Assembly: GCA_964496765.1 (NCBI GenBank)
Contig: CAZCAP010000003.1
Span: 991 to 64,990 of the forward strand
Direction: 5' to 3'
Length of the DNA stretch: 64,000 nt
Source of the DNA: an uncultured archaeon
Lineage (GTDB): Archaea > Iainarchaeota > Iainarchaeia > Iainarchaeales > CSSED10-239
In this document: piece after piece, positions 62,788-64,000 of the stretch
Numbering within the stretch: position 1 is the stretch's first letter
How the letters are laid out: each line of letters opens with the position of its first letter
The notes under the pieces: generated by a model
Database searches by the model: none
Seen by the model: the letters and a program-made list of their open reading frames with translations, nothing else
What the model was told of the DNA's origin: nothing
Position numbers and translations under genes: made by a program

Positions 62788-63559
62788 AAAGGGAAATCCT
62801 ATGCAAATACCAACTCCAATAATAAACGTTCCAACCAAAGAACAAGAAAAGATGTTACAGCAAACGTTTGTTAATAACTATTCTTTTGCAAGAAATGTTT
62901 TTGCAATAATGCCATTTGAACTATCTTTTGAGGACAAAATAAGATCCATTAAAGAAAATCTAATATTCAAAAAAAAAAATTCTCTTCAATTTTCTCAATT
63001 TCAACAAAAAGGACATTCTGTTTTGATGAGTAAAGATAGAAGAGATGATGAATCCCCTATGCAATATGAGATTAAAAATCCAAAAGGAGAAAGAATTGCT
63101 GTATTTAATTTCTTTTTAGTGTCTGAAAAAGACAATCTGTCCGTTAGAATAAATAATCATAGAGGCCTTTCAGGAAAAAAATATTTAATTCAACTAAACA
63201 ATTTGAATAAAAAGATTGGTGAAGATTGGAGAGCACTTTTACTTAAAACCATAAAAAATTATTTTGAAAAAAGAAATATTAAAACAATTGCTGAAATGCC
63301 CAGAAGATTCACATCCACTTCTGCTGAATATCTAAGATACAGCAAATATTATTTTAATACAGCAGTTAATGCTGGTATTTCTTTAGAAAATATTGATTTT
63401 AGGTATGTTCCTGATAAAAATTTAAAAAATCTATTTATTGCAAAAAAGAATATTATCCATGAAGCAAACCTCAAACTAGACAAAAAAAGATTAAAGGAAG
63501 CAAAAACAAAGCACAATGAACTTAAGAAAGTGAGTGCGTTTTTAAAACGTAGACTTTGA
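62768..63559 (+). CDS. Hypothetical protein
   Basis: A 263-aa ORF that overlaps the upstream gene by 20 nt (an alternative ATG start lies at 62801). It ends 4 nt before the tRNA-Arg gene. No motif was recognised. Confidence 0.5.
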   Translation: MKKKSFRKGNPMQIPTPIINVPTKEQEKMLQQTFVNNYSFARNVFAIMPFELSFEDKIRSIKENLIFKKKNSLQFSQFQQKGHSVLMSKDRRDDESPMQYEIKNPKGERIAVFNFFLVSEKDNLSVRINNHRGLSGKKYLIQLNNLNKKIGEDWRALLLKTIKNYFEKRNIKTIAEMPRRFTSTSAEYLRYSKYYFNTAVNAGISLENIDFRYVPDKNLKNLFIAKKNIIHEANLKLDKKRLKEAKTKHNELKKVSAFLKRRL

Positions 63560-63563
63560 GGAA

Positions 63564-63638
63564 AGGGTTTGGTGGGATTTGAACCCACGACCTATTGGTC
63601 CGAAGCCAATTGCACTATCCAGGCTATGCTACAAACCC
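63564..63638 (-). tRNA. tRNA-Arg (anticodon UCG)
   Basis: The reverse complement folds as a 75-nt cloverleaf: acceptor GGGTTTG/CAAACCC, anticodon stem ATTGG/CCAAT with loop CTTCGGA, and T arm GTGGG-TTCAAAT-CCCAC. Confidence 0.92.
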
Positions 63639-63783
63639 ATGGAACTATTTTAACTTAGAAAACTTAAGCTTTTTAATAGGATTGTTTCCTATATATATAA
63701 TAGATTTGTTGTATTTTATTAGTATCTATTTAACAAATTAAATGAAAATTTATACTTGAATTTAAAACTAGAGGTGTACCATC

Positions 63784-63939
63784 ATGGAATCATGTACCAG
63801 TTGTAATAGAGAAGTCAGAGAGGACTATACCACATTAAAATGTCCTGCCTGCGGTAAAGCAAAAATACTAAGATGTGATAGATGTAAGTCTATTTCTAAG
63901 TTATATAAATGTCCAGAATGTGGTTTTGTTGGACCTTAG
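63784..63939 (+). CDS. Small double zinc-ribbon protein (COG2888/DUF1610-like), 51 aa; not in the ORF track
   Basis: My own translation is MESCTSCNREVREDYTTLKCPACGKAKILRCDRCKSISKLYKCPECGFVGP. A GAGGTG RBS lies at 63771-63776. Confidence 0.7.
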   Translation: MESCTSCNREVREDYTTLKCPACGKAKILRCDRCKSISKLYKCPECGFVGP

Positions 63940-64000
63940 ATAAAAAATCTATTTTATATATTTATTTATGGGAGTTGTTTAAATTATGGGTTATATAATG

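Noticed and set aside
63349-63588. 79-aa minus-strand ORF.
   Set aside because: It is antisense to the 62768-63559 CDS and overlaps the tRNA-Arg(UCG) gene.
63987-64000. Possible gene start (ATGGGTTATATAATG) at the extreme right edge.
   Set aside because: Only 14 nt are visible, so it cannot be evaluated.

Overview
This is a strongly AT-rich, very gene-dense archaeal chromosome segment; most intergenic gaps are under 100 nt and many stop/start codons overlap. It is dominated by archaeal information-processing genes. Replication and repair: RPA, MCM, Topo VI B/A, RadA, Mre11 and a histone. Translation and ribosome biogenesis: the aIF2-beta/DUF424/aIF1A/Rio/KH cluster, TrpRS, ArgRS and four tRNAs (Gln-CUG, Cys-GCA, Arg-UCU, Arg-UCG). 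The complete 'exosome superoperon' is present: RNase P Rpp30 and Pop5, proteasome alpha, SBDS, Rrp4/41/42, eL43, RpoP, Brix, Pcc1 and prefoldin beta. Visible metabolism is minimal and fermentative. It comprises a four-subunit 2-oxoacid:ferredoxin oxidoreductase, the alpha part of ADP-forming acetyl-CoA synthetase, a very short [FeFe]-hydrogenase-like protein, a PpsA-like protein, Fe-S assembly genes and nucleotide-salvage hydrolases. The compact style, a strong GGTGA Shine-Dalgarno signal and large lineage-specific surface proteins suggest a DPANN-type archaeon; this is inference only. I recognised no rRNA, CRISPR array, transposase or integrase. The items most worth a second look are: (1) the hydrogenase-like gene coupled to taw1; (2) a GATase+AsnB+Dph6 triple fusion; (3) a 329-nt hairpin-rich noncoding spacer and short shared sequence blocks flanking a COG1373/DUF4143 ATPase gene; (4) an Fe-S cluster operon with an embedded KamA-family radical-SAM gene and an ArsR regulator ending in CX3CX2C; (5) an HD hydrolase wedged inside the por operon; (6) several uncharacterised cassettes. 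All functional calls come from motif reading and remembered family signatures, because no database search could be run.
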